Source: Eledone cirrhosa (lineage: Eukaryota). From it: a stretch of DNA of 64,000 bases. Position numbers and translations under genes: made by a program. The stretch covers positions 296,050,001 to 296,114,000 of the forward strand of contig OZ024743.1 in NCBI GenBank assembly GCA_964016885.1, read 5' to 3'. Positions 13,911-26,618 of the stretch are shown here, in pieces. Positions within the stretch are counted from its first letter, which is position 1. The number at the start of each line of letters is the position of its first letter. The notes beneath the pieces are model-generated. The model did no database searches. It had not been told where the DNA came from and saw nothing but the letters and a program-made list of their open reading frames with translations.

Positions 13911-14178
13911 TCTCATATATTTTCCTCGTTGTTTGTCCTTCTCGTGACTATTGTTATGTATATTACAAAGATGTTTATATGTATTAGTTTTTGCTGGGAT
14001 GACTTTAGCTGTAGATTCTCGTTCTACATACTTGGATTGGAATGGAAGCTATATTTATTATCCCTGGTTCCTATTTCTTCTTTACGTTGTATTTTTTATT
14101 GTATCCTATGTTACCATTTATTTCTTCTGTCTTTCTTTCTTTTACTTATTCTTCTACTTCTTTTCCTTCCACTGCTAT

Positions 14179-14242
<64 letters not shown>

Positions 14243-14332
14243 GCTACTACTACTACACCACCACCACCATCACCACCACCACCATCACCACCACCACTAC
14301 TACTACTACTACTACTTTTGCTATTGTAATAA

Positions 14333-14530
14333 TGTGGTGGCTTGGAAGAATTGGTAGAGCGTCGGAGACCACGGTTTTGCAGCATAGAGTTACGGTCCTT
14401 TACGGTCTGAGTTCGAATCACGCCGAGGTTAGCTTTGCCTTTCATCCTGTAGTAATACACTGGCATCGATTTAATCGACTTTCTTCAAATTGCTGGCCTT
14501 GTGCCTAAAGTAGAAACAATTATTATTATC
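14333..14530 (+). mobile_element. tRNA-derived SINE, internally deleted
   Basis: B-box GAGTTCGAATC at ~14409, homology to 10107, (ATT) tail. Confidence 0.78.
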
Positions 14531-14546
14531 ATTACTTTATTATTAA

Positions 14547-14770
14547 GGGTGGTGGATTGGCAGAATCGGTAGAGCGTCGGACACCATGCTTTGCAGCATA
14601 GAGTTACGGCCCTGTACGGTCTGAGTGCAAATCCCGTCGAGGTTAACTTTGCCTTTCATCGTTACAGGATCGATAAAATAAAACACCAATAATTCACTGG
14701 GTTCGATTTAATCGACTTCCCCCTCCTCCAAATTGCTGGTATTGTGCCTAAATCAGAAACCATTATTATA
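14547..14770 (+). mobile_element. tRNA-derived SINE
   Basis: TGGCAGAATCGG A-box, same body as the other copies, gaaaccattattat tail. Confidence 0.8.
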
Positions 14771-14780
14771 ACTACTACTT

Positions 14781-16005
14781 CCCTTGCCCCGTTTGCGCCT
14801 CGCCAACTTGGAACGGCTCCTCTTCAAATTCTTGTGGAGGGGTCAGGTTCCGTTGGTGAGGCGGTCCATCTGCTGCCAGCACCCTCTATGTGGAGGGCTG
14901 GGCATGCCGTGGCTAATGATGCGCAGATACGCGCTAAGGCTGCGGCATCTCCAGATATTCTGCCTAAACGGTGAACAGGTGTGGCCGCAGCTCGTCTCTT
15001 TGAATGAGCTGCAGTCCTGGGTCAAGAAGAGACCGAGACTGGGTGACTGGCATCTGGAATGTTGCCAGACACTCACTGCCCTCTACCAGGCGGGCAATGT
15101 GGTCAGTGGAACTTCCACTCTCGAGTTCTATAGAGGATTAGTGGAGGGCAAGTGCGATGACGTACTAGGAGAGGCTCTGGGCGTCAACGAAGTAGAACTG
15201 ACCAGTATGTTCCGGAGGACTTTCGAGCCGGGGACGATGGATAACTTCCAGAAATCCCTCGCTTGGCAGTGCTACCGGGGGGCGCTGCCGGTTCGGGATA
15301 AACTCTACAGGCACGGAAGTGCTGTCAGACGAACCTGCCCGAGATGCGCGCAGAGCGACGAAACCGTTCTGCACGCACTCGTCCAGTGTCCGTGCATTGC
15401 TGACTTGTGGGGTTATGTCGAACAGCTATTGTCGCGTGTAGAACGGATCCGGCTATCGTCCGAGTCCATAGTGAAGATTGACCCGCCGCCTTCTTTTGGT
15501 CAGGAAGGGCAGGCAATTTTCCTCTGCCTGGTGGCAGTAGCGAAAGAGGTTGCATGGTGGACCAGGTTGAAAGGACTGAAGACAGACACTTTTCTCTTCG
15601 GCCAATCCCTCATCAACTTCTTCAAGTTTCACTTGGAAAGGAAGGTGAGGGTGGAGAGAGAAGTGCTGCCCCCCAGTACATTTACTGAAAGGTGGGTGAA
15701 TGTGGCGAGAATGGCCCGCGTGAGTGGGCCTACTCTGATCATGCGCCTGTAGGCTGGTGAATTCGAGAAGGAGAGGGGTGCCCTTCCCGGGTGCCCTAGG
15801 AGCGTCGGGTGGCTCAGGACTGGTGGGGTGCTTGAGTCAACCCTGGGTGGTGATCCCTCTTATTGGGGAACTTTCATTGTTGTATTTTTATTGTTATTTT
15901 GTTTTTTTGTTATTTATACTTACTCGATCTCTATGTAAACCCCCACTGTCCCTGTCTATTGTGTTGTCCCCTATATGTCGGCCCTTGTGGCCAATAAATG
16001 AAATC
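14781..16005 (+). mobile_element. 5'-truncated Tx1/L1-type LINE (ORF2 C-terminus + 3' UTR)
   Basis: Open frame 14784-15752 with FKFLW..GGLGMP and the zf-RVT-like CPRC..ETVLHALVQC. Ends aataaatgaaatc + (att). Follows a SINE ATT tail. Confidence 0.88.
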
Positions 16006-16536
16006 ATTTATTATTGATGGGGTTTCTTCGGTGTTTGTAATCCGTCAATTAATTGTCCGTTTGATAGCAAACGTTGCTGTCCTTTTGTTAAAACTACAAT
16101 GTATATATTTCGTTCTTTATTGTTTTTATTTTGTATTAATATTATTATTGTTATTATTATCACTATTATTTTGATAGTTGTTATTATATTATTGGCCTTC
16201 TTCTTTTACTTATTATTATTATATTGTTATTATTATCATTATTATTATCATCATCATCATCAACATCATCACTAATTATTACTATTATCTCTTTTATTAT
16301 TTTTATTGTTAGACACATCTTTATAATAAACATTATTATCATTTTCTAAATTGGTATCACTGTGCCAGATAAAAGAACACTATATATATATGTGTGTGTG
16401 TGTGTGTATATAAGTATTGATATATATATATAATTATTTCTGTGTTCATGTGTATGCATATATCTATAGATATACATATGTATATATCTATACGTACATA
16501 TAAGTACATATATACATATATATATGTGTATGTATG

Positions 16537-16628
<92 letters not shown>

Positions 16629-16815
16629 TACATACATACGTACCAATAAAAGTTTCGAGGTGATCAATAAATGTTAACATTACTGGTCTACACTAGAAGA
16701 TTTTGAAGGAAAAAAATTTGAAAACGTTTGAAAGCGCAACACACAGTCACGCGCGCACACACACACATACTACACACACACACATATATACACACACATA
16801 CTACACACACATACT

Positions 16816-16940
<125 letters not shown>

Positions 16941-17307
16941 TACTCATAGAAAATAATTTTAAAAATGTATTGAAAGCTTCAAATAAAGATATAAATAAAT
17001 TGCATTGCTTTAGAAAACAAATAAAACTTAATAGGAATGAATTGAGAAGACAATGCGATGTCGTATAAAAAAAACTACGGCAAGATTCCTTGATTAAAAA
17101 AGAAAGAGAAGCAATCTAAGACATTACAATAGTTGTTGATTATTGAAGCAGTGAGAAAGAATTCACGGGTTTATATAGACACTTTCTTTCTCCCCGATTC
17201 TGTTCGCTTGCCTAACTATTTATATTAATTATTTTATTGTATTCTTACACAGAACCGTGATATTATAATTATATGTCTGTATAGTTATACACACACAACA
17301 ATATATC

Positions 17308-17346
<39 letters not shown>

Positions 17347-17553
17347 GTGAGGTTTTTTTTTTGGGGGGGGGGGGGGGTTATAGAATGAAAAATAACCGAG
17401 GTGTCCTACAGGAGTGAAAGTATAAAAAAAAAAAAAAGATGAAATCGAAAACTCTACTTTTGAAAAGCAGAAGAACTGCGAAACCGGTAAAGGAACCAAA
17501 TAAATATATATATATTTTTTTAAATAAGACTCCAGTTGCATTTTCGATTTCAT

Positions 17554-17594
<41 letters not shown>

Positions 17595-17607
17595 CACATA
17601 CGCACAC

Positions 17608-17679
<72 letters not shown>

Positions 17680-17770
17680 GGGGTAACAAATAATAGTTAT
17701 ATGCAGTCCACTTAGGTGAGGTTAAAAACCTTTTTTGTATAGCAAACCGTGTCAATCTTCTTTCCTGATT

Positions 17771-17800
<30 letters not shown>

Positions 17801-17801
<1 letters not shown>

Positions 17802-20800
17802 TGTTATACTTTGGGAGGGTCATATTTGTGTAATAATATTGCCAGAATTAATAACAGAACACATTCACTGTTTGGTTGGTTTTCGCTTCTGTGTCTTTTA
17901 TATCGGTTAATTTAATTTATTCGGTCCTCACTGTTACCATTGACTAACCAACGGTCAAAAATACAGATACAATATAGACACAAACACATATATATAGTCT
18001 AACAAAGTTCTTTCGTTGCACATCTGCAACATCGTCAGTGGTGCTTTTATGTTTCCTCCTGTTGTATTGTATGCCTACGCCATCTTTATTTAGTCTGTTT
18101 ATTTATTTATTTATTTATTTATTGTATTCTCTGCGCATGCGTTTGCGTGTGTGTATAGTGTTTGATGTGTGTTCGTGTTTGGGTGACTGTATATTCTTAG
18201 GTTACTACTGTGTGTTTATATGTGTTTGTTGTTATTGTGCTTGTGTATGTATTTATTTTTTTATTTATACTTCTCTTAGGTCAGTATTGTTTGTTTGGGT
18301 GTTGTTGTTATTCCATTTATTTTTTTCTGTTTAGCCTTGGTCTTCTAAGTTCTATTTCGCTGGCCTCTCTGATTTGCCTGTCTGCTGGGTCATTTCTATC
18401 TTTCGATATTATTCTAATTTCTATGTTGTCTATGTTACCGTGGAGTTGTTGTCTGGCATGTTCGTATAATACTGAAACGTTTTTTCGTCCTTTTACTTCC
18501 CCCCAGTGTTGGTCTATCCTTTCACCTATGCTACGAGCTGTCTCGCCTATGTATGTTGTTGTCATGTTTCTTCAAGTACCCTCTGTACATCTTATGCTAT
18601 AGATTACGTTTCTAGTTTTACAGTTTATCCGGGGGTTTACTTTACATATAATACATTTCCTATTAGTACAGTGGATTTTCTTAAAAGGGTAGGTTTTGCT
18701 GATCAGGGATTTTATGGTGGTACCTGGCTTTTCTACCACCTTAATCTTTAAGTGGGTCTTTCTCAGGGCCTTTCTACACTGATTAGCTAATTTCCCTCCA
18801 GGGGTAGCGTCCACAAACATGACACTCTAGTATCTCTGTTTGTTGTACCATGAGGTGGCTTTCCCTATCTTATGTCTAGTCCAATCTAAGCTATTCCTGT
18901 ATAATGGGCAAATTCCTTTCATGTCCAGTTCTATGAGGGTCTTATACTTCTCCGATAGACAGAACAACAACAACAACCACAATGATAATAATAGAAACAT
19001 TAACGACAGACACAGCAGCAGCGACCACAGTATTAATAATGGTAGTAATACGAGTAACAACAACAACACCACAGTGGTAATAATAGAAATAATACATGTA
19101 GCAACATTAATGATAGACACAACAACAACAACAAAAACAAGAAACATAATAAATGTAACAACCACAATGGTTGAAATAACAGTAACAACAACAACAACGG
19201 TGGAGAAAACAACAACAATACATCTAACAATCACAGCAACAATACATCTAGCAATCATAACAATAATAATAATGTTAATGATAGGAATAACAACAACCAC
19301 CATAATAACAATAATAGCAACACACACAACTATGACGATAGATATAATGACAACCCCTTAGAGAAACTATTCTTCAATCCAGCTGACAAAACATATAAGA
19401 TTGGCAATATCTATCCTACGAGGTTACCCTTTAATAAAAGGGTATGTATACCACAACAAATAGATGACGAGACAGAGGCACAGTTCACCATAGCTAGAAA
19501 TAAGATTAGACAAATAGTAGACCGGTAAACTAAGAGACAAAGCAGACCAGATGTCCAACAACTTGGGAGGAAACCTGTAGAAGGCTTGGTTAGCCTCAAG
19601 CAGCGCACAAGAGATGGTGAGGTAGTATGTCTACCCACGGATAAGTCTGGTAGGATGTCAATAGACAGCATGCCGAACTACTTCAAGGCTATGTAACCCC
19701 CACATCACCAACACGAGCGAAATTGCACAGCAAATACATGATGGGAGAGAGAAACTCCTCAACGATCACATGATGATGTGGACCGACATCCTAAAGCCAA
19801 GCTGACGCACTGCCAACAACTTCCAAGCGTCTAACAATGGCATACCACCCTTGTATGGGCTCCGCAAAGACCATAAGACAGTCGACGGCCCGACAACAGA
19901 ACCACCAACAAGAGCTGTATGCGGAGCAAATATAGTTAGCAACTACAGGATCTCCTACTTCCTCTCAATGGTTATACGCCCCATAATCAAGATGCCCCCA
20001 GATGTATGTGACAGTACAGAGAACCTCCTCAGCAGAATCAGTGAGTGCAACAAAAACAAAAACCTATCCAACTGCATAATAGGCAGTATGGATGTGGTAT
20101 CAGTGTACCCATCCATTAACATTGATTTTGCTGTGGAAAAATGTGTGGAGATGATCATTGAGAGTGAGGTGGAGTTCTGCGACGTCGACACAGACTAACT
20201 GGGCCTCCTACTTAGACTTACCTATGACACTGACTACCTAGACAGCAATGACCTTAGACGTTTCTGCCTCAGTAGACCCATAAGGGGTAGACCCCCCCCC
20301 CCCCGCCATAACCTCAATGGCAAAAAAGACTCCCATGGGAAGGTGGATTGGGTGGACCAAAGCTATACGGACCCCCAAAACAATGATCAGAGAAGTATAA
20401 GACCCTCATAGAACTGGACATGAAAAGAATTTTCCCATTATACAGGAGCAAATCATGGAATAGCTTAGATAGGACTAGACATAAGATAGGTAAAGCTACC
20501 TCTTGGTACGACAACCAGAGATACCAGAGTGTCATGTTTGTGGACGCTACCCCTGGAGGGAAATTAGCTAACCAGTGTAGAAAGGCCCTGACAAAGACCC
20601 ACTTAAAGATTAAGGTGGTAGAAAAGCCAGGAACCACCATAAAATCCCTGATCAACAAAACCTACCCTTTTAAGAAAACCCACTGTACTAATAGGAAATG
20701 TATTATATGTAAAGTAAACCCCCGAATAAACTGTAAAACTAGAAACGTAATCTATAGCATAAGATGTACAGAGGGTACTTGCAGAAACATGACAACAACA

Positions 20801-21548
20801 TACATAGGCGAGACAGCTCGTAGCATAGGTGAAAGGATAGACCAACACTGGGGGAAGTAAAAGGACGAAAAAACGGTTCAGTACTATACGAACATGCCAG
20901 ACAACAACACGACGGTAACATAGAAATTAGAATAATATCTAAAGATAGAAATGACCCAGCAGATAGGCAAATCAGAGAGGCCAGCGAAATAGAACTTAGA
21001 AGGCCAAGGCTAAACAGAAAAAATGAATGGAATAACAACAACACCTAAACAAACAATACTGAAACTAAGAGAAGTATAAATAAATAAATAAATAAATAAA
21101 TACATACACAAGCACAATAACAACAAACACATATAAACACACACTAGTAAACTAAGATAGAATACAATAACCAATACACAGTCACCCAAACACGAACACA
21201 CATCAAACACTATACACACACGCAAACGCATGCGCAGAGAAGACAAAAATAAATAAATAAATAAACAGACTAAATAAAGATGGCGTAGGCATACAATACA
21301 ACAGGAGGAAACATAAAAGCACCACTGACGATGTTGCAGGTGTGCAACGAAAGAACTTTGTTAGACTATATATATGTGTTTGTGTCTATATTGTATCTGT
21401 ATTTTTGACCGTTGGTTAGTCAATGGTAACATTGAGGACCGAATAAATTAAATTAACCGATATGAAAGACACAGAAGCGAAAACCAACCAAACAGTGAAT
21501 GTGTTCTGTTATTAATTCTGGCAATATGACCCTCCCCAAGTATAACAA
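17801..21548 (+). mobile_element. Penelope-like element with inverted ~1.16-kb arms, decayed
   Basis: 17801-18957 is the reverse complement of ~20385-21548. Arms encode a Cys-rich linker and GIY-YIG (VIYSIRC...YIGETARSIGERIDQH...REASEI...LNRK). N-terminal RT part at 19380-20380 (YGLRKDHK, PTRAV, SMDVVSVYPSI) has stops, and the RT core is deleted. Confidence 0.9.
21325..21360 (+). ncRNA. Hammerhead-ribozyme-like core in the Penelope arm (mirror copy at 18011-18038, minus strand)
   Basis: CTGACGA-T-GTTGCA(ggtg)TGCAAC-GAAA. Stems I and III are imperfect. Confidence 0.5.
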
Positions 21549-21604
21549 TGTTTGTTTTAACCCACGATTTCATATAAAAAACCTCGCAAACTATTTCATC
21601 GCTG

Positions 21605-21663
<59 letters not shown>

Positions 21664-21982
21664 AGAATTAGTATGCAAATTGGGTTTTTACAACACTTTA
21701 TTCGGAAATCTTCTATTACAAATGCTTCGACGGGTTTGACACCTATGCAGTGTGTTGGTTTCATAGTATCAATTCGGCCTCATCAGATGGTCTTCTGAAG
21801 TGAAGAGATAGGGGAAAGGATAAAATTGTCTGTTGAAACCAAATAATAATACTAATATTTATTATGATGATGATGATTTCTTAATTTAAATGAACTGCCG
21901 CCAATTTGGTGAGTGGGGAAATTGATTATATCGACTTCAATATTTGACTGTTACTTAATTTTATCATCTCATATATATCTGG

Positions 21983-22699
21983 TCTCCTTTTAGTCCATTG
22001 AGCACTTGCCGCATATCTCGAAAATTGCGTTTCGCTTTGTTTTTGACCACTGCCGAAATTCGATCTCGCTGAAATTACATTTGTATTAATCTCCCGGACC
22101 TAGCAATTAGCCAGTTAATTCTATTAGATAATTCTATTGACTGATTAATTGCTTAAGTTTATTTTAAAAACAACCCGGCCGAGAGCTTAATTCGATTTTT
22201 GCAGTTTTTGCAATTCTTGCATTAATTTTACACATTCTGAATCCATCCGCCAAAAACAGGGGATACCTCCCTAGTAGGGTAAAGTAGGGTAATACACGTG
22301 GGGTAATCACTCCAACATTGCAACTGCTAGGAGCCCGCTCGTTGGCTGAGAACAAAATACCTGTTGACGAAGTGGAAGCCTTGTTTGATCATTATACCAA
22401 AAGCTTAATATGGAAGAGGGTAGTATAATTGATTTAGGTGTCGCAGAAATTATACCATCAATTCCAGAGGATCCAGGTAAATTCTTTCGTTTGGCCTGTT
22501 TAGCTTGCTTCGTTTTTTTGGCTTAGGTGGCTGATAGCTTCATGACCACCGTTTTCAGTTTGTTTGGCCTCTATAACCTATGTTTATTGCTCTAGTCTTC
22601 TTTTAGTCCATTGAGCGCTTGCCGCATATCTCGAAAATTGCGTTTCGCTTTGTTTTTGACCACTGCCGAAATTCGATCTCGCTGAAATTATATTTGTAT
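21983..22699. repeat. ~105-bp direct repeats about 613 bp apart, between TA runs
   Basis: ttttagtccattgagc.cttgccgcatatctcgaaaattgcg...gctgaaatta.atttgtat at 21983-22086 and 22596-22699. Confidence 0.8.
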
Positions 22700-22723
22700 A
22701 TATATATAGAGAGAGAGAGACAG

Positions 22724-24385
22724 TAGGGAAACATCCAACTTCGTACAGTTTGACATTAATGACTGCTACTCCTCCATCTCCCCAGTTACCCTAGATAAAG
22801 CGCTAGCCTTTGCCAAAAAAAACTCGGGCCTAACCTCTGATGAAATTAAAATAATACTAGCTACTAGGACTATCATTAGATTCGAAAATAGTTACTGGGA
22901 ACGAAAAAACACACAGAATAGCATCGATATCACAATGGGATCTAGTGACGCAGCTCAGGTAACAGACATAGTTGGAACATATATAGCGCATAACTTACAT
23001 AAGGAATTTAATAACCTCCAAGGAGGAATTTATAGAGACGACACACTTCTTTTAGCTAAGAACTTAAATAATCAAAACATGGAAAATTTATGGAAAAACA
23101 TCAGAGTCTTCTTCAACAAACTAGGCCTAGGTATCACTTTCGAACTTAACTCTAAAAAAGCAAACTTCTTAGATGTAACACTCAACCTAAACACATGATT
23201 AATAGAGCCCTTCCATAAAAATAACGAGAATCTAATCAACATTAGTTATAACTCAAACCACCCTCGATCCATAATTAACTCCATAGCACATAGTATATCT
23301 CTCAGAATATCCCGCCTATCTTCTAACCCAGAGAATTTTAACGAACACGCAAACTATTATAACATAGCTTTACATAAGGTAGGACATAAGGAGGGTCTCA
23401 TATACATACCAGATAGAGACAGCAACAACAAACCTAACGATAGCTACACTACCCACACCTATAGAAATAACAAACATAGGACTAAACATAGAATTAGACA
23501 ACGGGCACCAGAAATAACTGAACCGGATACTAACATAAGGACCCCTAGGAACTATAGAAAATCCAGAGATAGGAAATACATATGGTTCAATCCAATATTC
23601 AACTCCTCTATAAAAAACAAACTACCTTCTACATTCTTTAAGCTAATTGACAAACACTCCCCTAAACTACACAAATACCATAAAATCTTTAACAGAAAAA
23701 CTATCAAACTATCTTACTCCACTGCAGCCAACATAGAATCACACATGCATAAAATCAACTACAAAAGAATCTCTAAAGAAAATAACCTACCAACATACAC
23801 CATAGCACCAAATACAAAACGCAAACACATAACAACATCACAACCACACACACACATCAGGGCGCATCACAACAAAACATTAATAGGCCTAAATATCAAC
23901 TCACCCATAACAACATGCAAAACCGCAACTGAGAACCTGCACACAGGAAGGCCTCCAATTGTAACTGCCACCTACCGGATAAGTGCCCACTACAAAATAG
24001 GTACCTGGATTCAAACATGGTGTACCTGTGTACTATAAATTTAGGCAACTTAACATGGCACTACATAGGTTCCACGGCTGGGGAGTTCACAAAAAGATGG
24101 TGTGTTCACAGACATTCCATGAAGAACCGTAAACTGGAGAACTCTACAACGCTGGCCAATAAAATCTGGCAGCTTAAGAACATAAACCAAGAATATGGGA
24201 TTAGGTGGTCAAAATTAACGGGAGCAAGGGCCTACAACAATGGAATGTGCCACTGCGGACTTTGCAATATGGAGCTATTCCATATTTTAAGGTACGATAA
24301 GATGCTGCATAACAGCAAAATAGAAAGATCAATTTTCTGCAGGCACAAAGCAGCTACCAAGTTCACAAATTTCAAACCACCATGA
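22724..24385 (+). pseudogene. Penelope-like RT + C-terminal GIY-YIG (Hydra-type motifs), 5'-truncated and frameshifted
   Basis: QFDINDCYSSI, ITMGSSDAAQV, IYRDD, NFLDVTLNL, SNHP, WFNP, CNC..CP, VYLC..YIGST..F.KR..H, TTLANKIWQLK, CGLC..E, CRHK. The clade name is from recalled motifs only. Confidence 0.85.
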
Positions 24386-25141
24386 TTCGACCCAGCAATC
24401 CCAAAATTCGAACTGAACCACCCGAATTTTAACGTACGGAATATATCGTACCGCACTGTTATTAGCTGTCAACTAACCGACTGGTCACTAGATCATAAAT
24501 CTGCTAATTCTTCTTTCACTCTCTCTCTCCCTGAAGCCACATCAACACCATTAAGATAAGACAATCAGCAGGCCAAATATTTACCACACACACATATCAA
24601 AATCCCCCTTCCCTATCCATCCTTAGCCCTTATGTCTCATGCTCGTATCTCTCACTTAATTTTTAATTTATTGTTTTCTCTTTTATCTGTCATTCTCTAC
24701 CTGTATGTATGTATCGAATATTGCTTATCATGTTAGTACTGCCTCCAATCCCCATCCTTATACAGACACTTACTCACCACCACCACTATTATCAACTATC
24801 GTATTCTGTACTTATATACTTTTACTTATTTTTTATGTATTTCTTTATTTTTTTATTTTTCGTCTTTTTACATCTGTAACTTCTTTACCTATTTATCATT
24901 ATATTTTATTATTGATGATATTGTTTTGATTCTACGCTGTATCTCTATATATACCATTGCCATATGTGAGTTCTCTAGTATTCTGAGGATTTCATCAGAG
25001 GTAAATAGTGTATTGAAGGTCGAATGACGCAACTTCGAGTGATTAGCGGCCTTTAGACTCACCTGATCAATGAAACAATTGTTAATACTTGAAATAAAGC
25101 CCCTTGTTGTACAGCCGACCATGTATTCTTCAATCTTTCAC

Positions 25142-25174
<33 letters not shown>

Positions 25175-25210
25175 TTGCGTGTGTATGTACATGTATATGT
25201 ATGAATATGA

Positions 25211-25311
<101 letters not shown>

Positions 25312-25314
25312 TGT

Positions 25315-25354
<40 letters not shown>

Positions 25355-25410
25355 ATGTATGTATGTATGTATGTATGTATGTATGTATGTTTGTATGCAT
25401 GTATGTATAT

Positions 25411-26618
25411 ATTAGGAAAGCAAGTGATGCTTTCGGAAAGCTAGAAAGGCGACTCTGGGGTCGGCGAGACATATGCAGGAGGACAAAGGTAAAGGTGTAC
25501 AGGGCATGTGTGCTCTCTTGTCTTCTTTATGCCTGCGGGACATGGGTCACATATCGACACCACCTTAAGTAATTGGAGCGTTTCCATCAGATGTGTCTCA
25601 AACGGATCCATGGCGTTCACTGGAGGGACCACATTAGTGATGTCGAGATTTTGGAAAGCTCTATGTGTGACAGTATAGAAGCTCTTGTGCTTAAGCAACG
25701 ACTCCGTTGGAGTGGTCACCTTGCCAGGATGAAGGATTCTAGAATACCAAAACAACTCTTTTATGGAGAGTTGGTTAAAGGAAAACGACCGCCATATAAA
25801 CCAAAAAAGAGGTATAAGGATTCCTTGAAAGCCTCTCTGAAAGACGCTAACATCTCTGCTGATACATGGGAGAATATTGCTGCTGATCGTAATAAATGGA
25901 GAAAGACTGTATATGAGGGAAAAGTTGCCTTTGAGGCATCTCGAATCGCATACGAGAAAGTAAAGCGGGATGTGAGGAAGGGCATTGCTGTTGCACTTCC
26001 AGACGGCGAGGGTCCTCCTATGGTGCTGACATGCAGCGTATGTGCGAGACTCTGCCTAAGCAAAGCTGGACTCAAAAGTCATCTTCGCAGTCATAAAGTA
26101 AGACCAGTGGTTGACTACCAGGCTGCTGTTGGAGATGCTACTCATCATGCTTGCCAAACATGTGGTAGAGAATGTAAATCAGCAGGAGGGCTCAAGCGAC
26201 ATGCAAAAGTACACGAACTCCAACCACAGCCGACTATTCCCAGTGACTGTTTTGGTTGCCGACTCTGTGCAAGACATTTTAGATCATTGGCTGGGCTAAA
26301 AAGCCACATTCGATCGCAGCGCTGTTAGTTGCTATCGTGTGTGTGTAGATATGCTTATGTGTGTGCGTGTGTGTGTATATATGTATATGTATATTATTAT
26401 TGTTGTTGTCGTTATTATTATTGTTGTTATTATTATTATTATTGTTATTAATGTATGTGTGTGTGTATATGTGTGTGTGAGTATGTGCGTGTGTGTGTAT
26501 ATATGTATGTATATGTATATATATATATATTTTTTTTTATTTATTTATTTATTATTTTTTTTTTTTCTCTTTCTCCTCGTGCAATGGCCATACTCGATAA
26601 CGAGGGGGCAGCCATCAT
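25411..26618 (+). mobile_element. 5'-truncated RTE-clade LINE with three C-terminal C2H2 zinc fingers
   Basis: KASDAFGKL..TKVKVYRACV..LLYAC, LRWSGHLARM..RIPKQLFYGEL, one TAA at 25570-25572, three CxxC..GL..H motifs. 3' end ggccatactcgataacgagggggcagccatcat. (GTAT)n on both sides. Confidence 0.87.

Noticed and set aside
14333-14430. tRNA genes
   Set aside because: A and B boxes belong to SINE heads followed by the SINE body and tail. No proper cloverleaf.
10330-14508. Long ORFs (754 aa, 392 aa, 373 aa) in triplet repeats
   Set aside because: Homopolymer peptides in every frame and on both strands. Stop-free simple repeats, not genes.
24985-24995. Minus-strand CTGATGA as a hammerhead of the second Penelope-like element
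   Set aside because: No convincing stem II or GAAA partner could be assembled.
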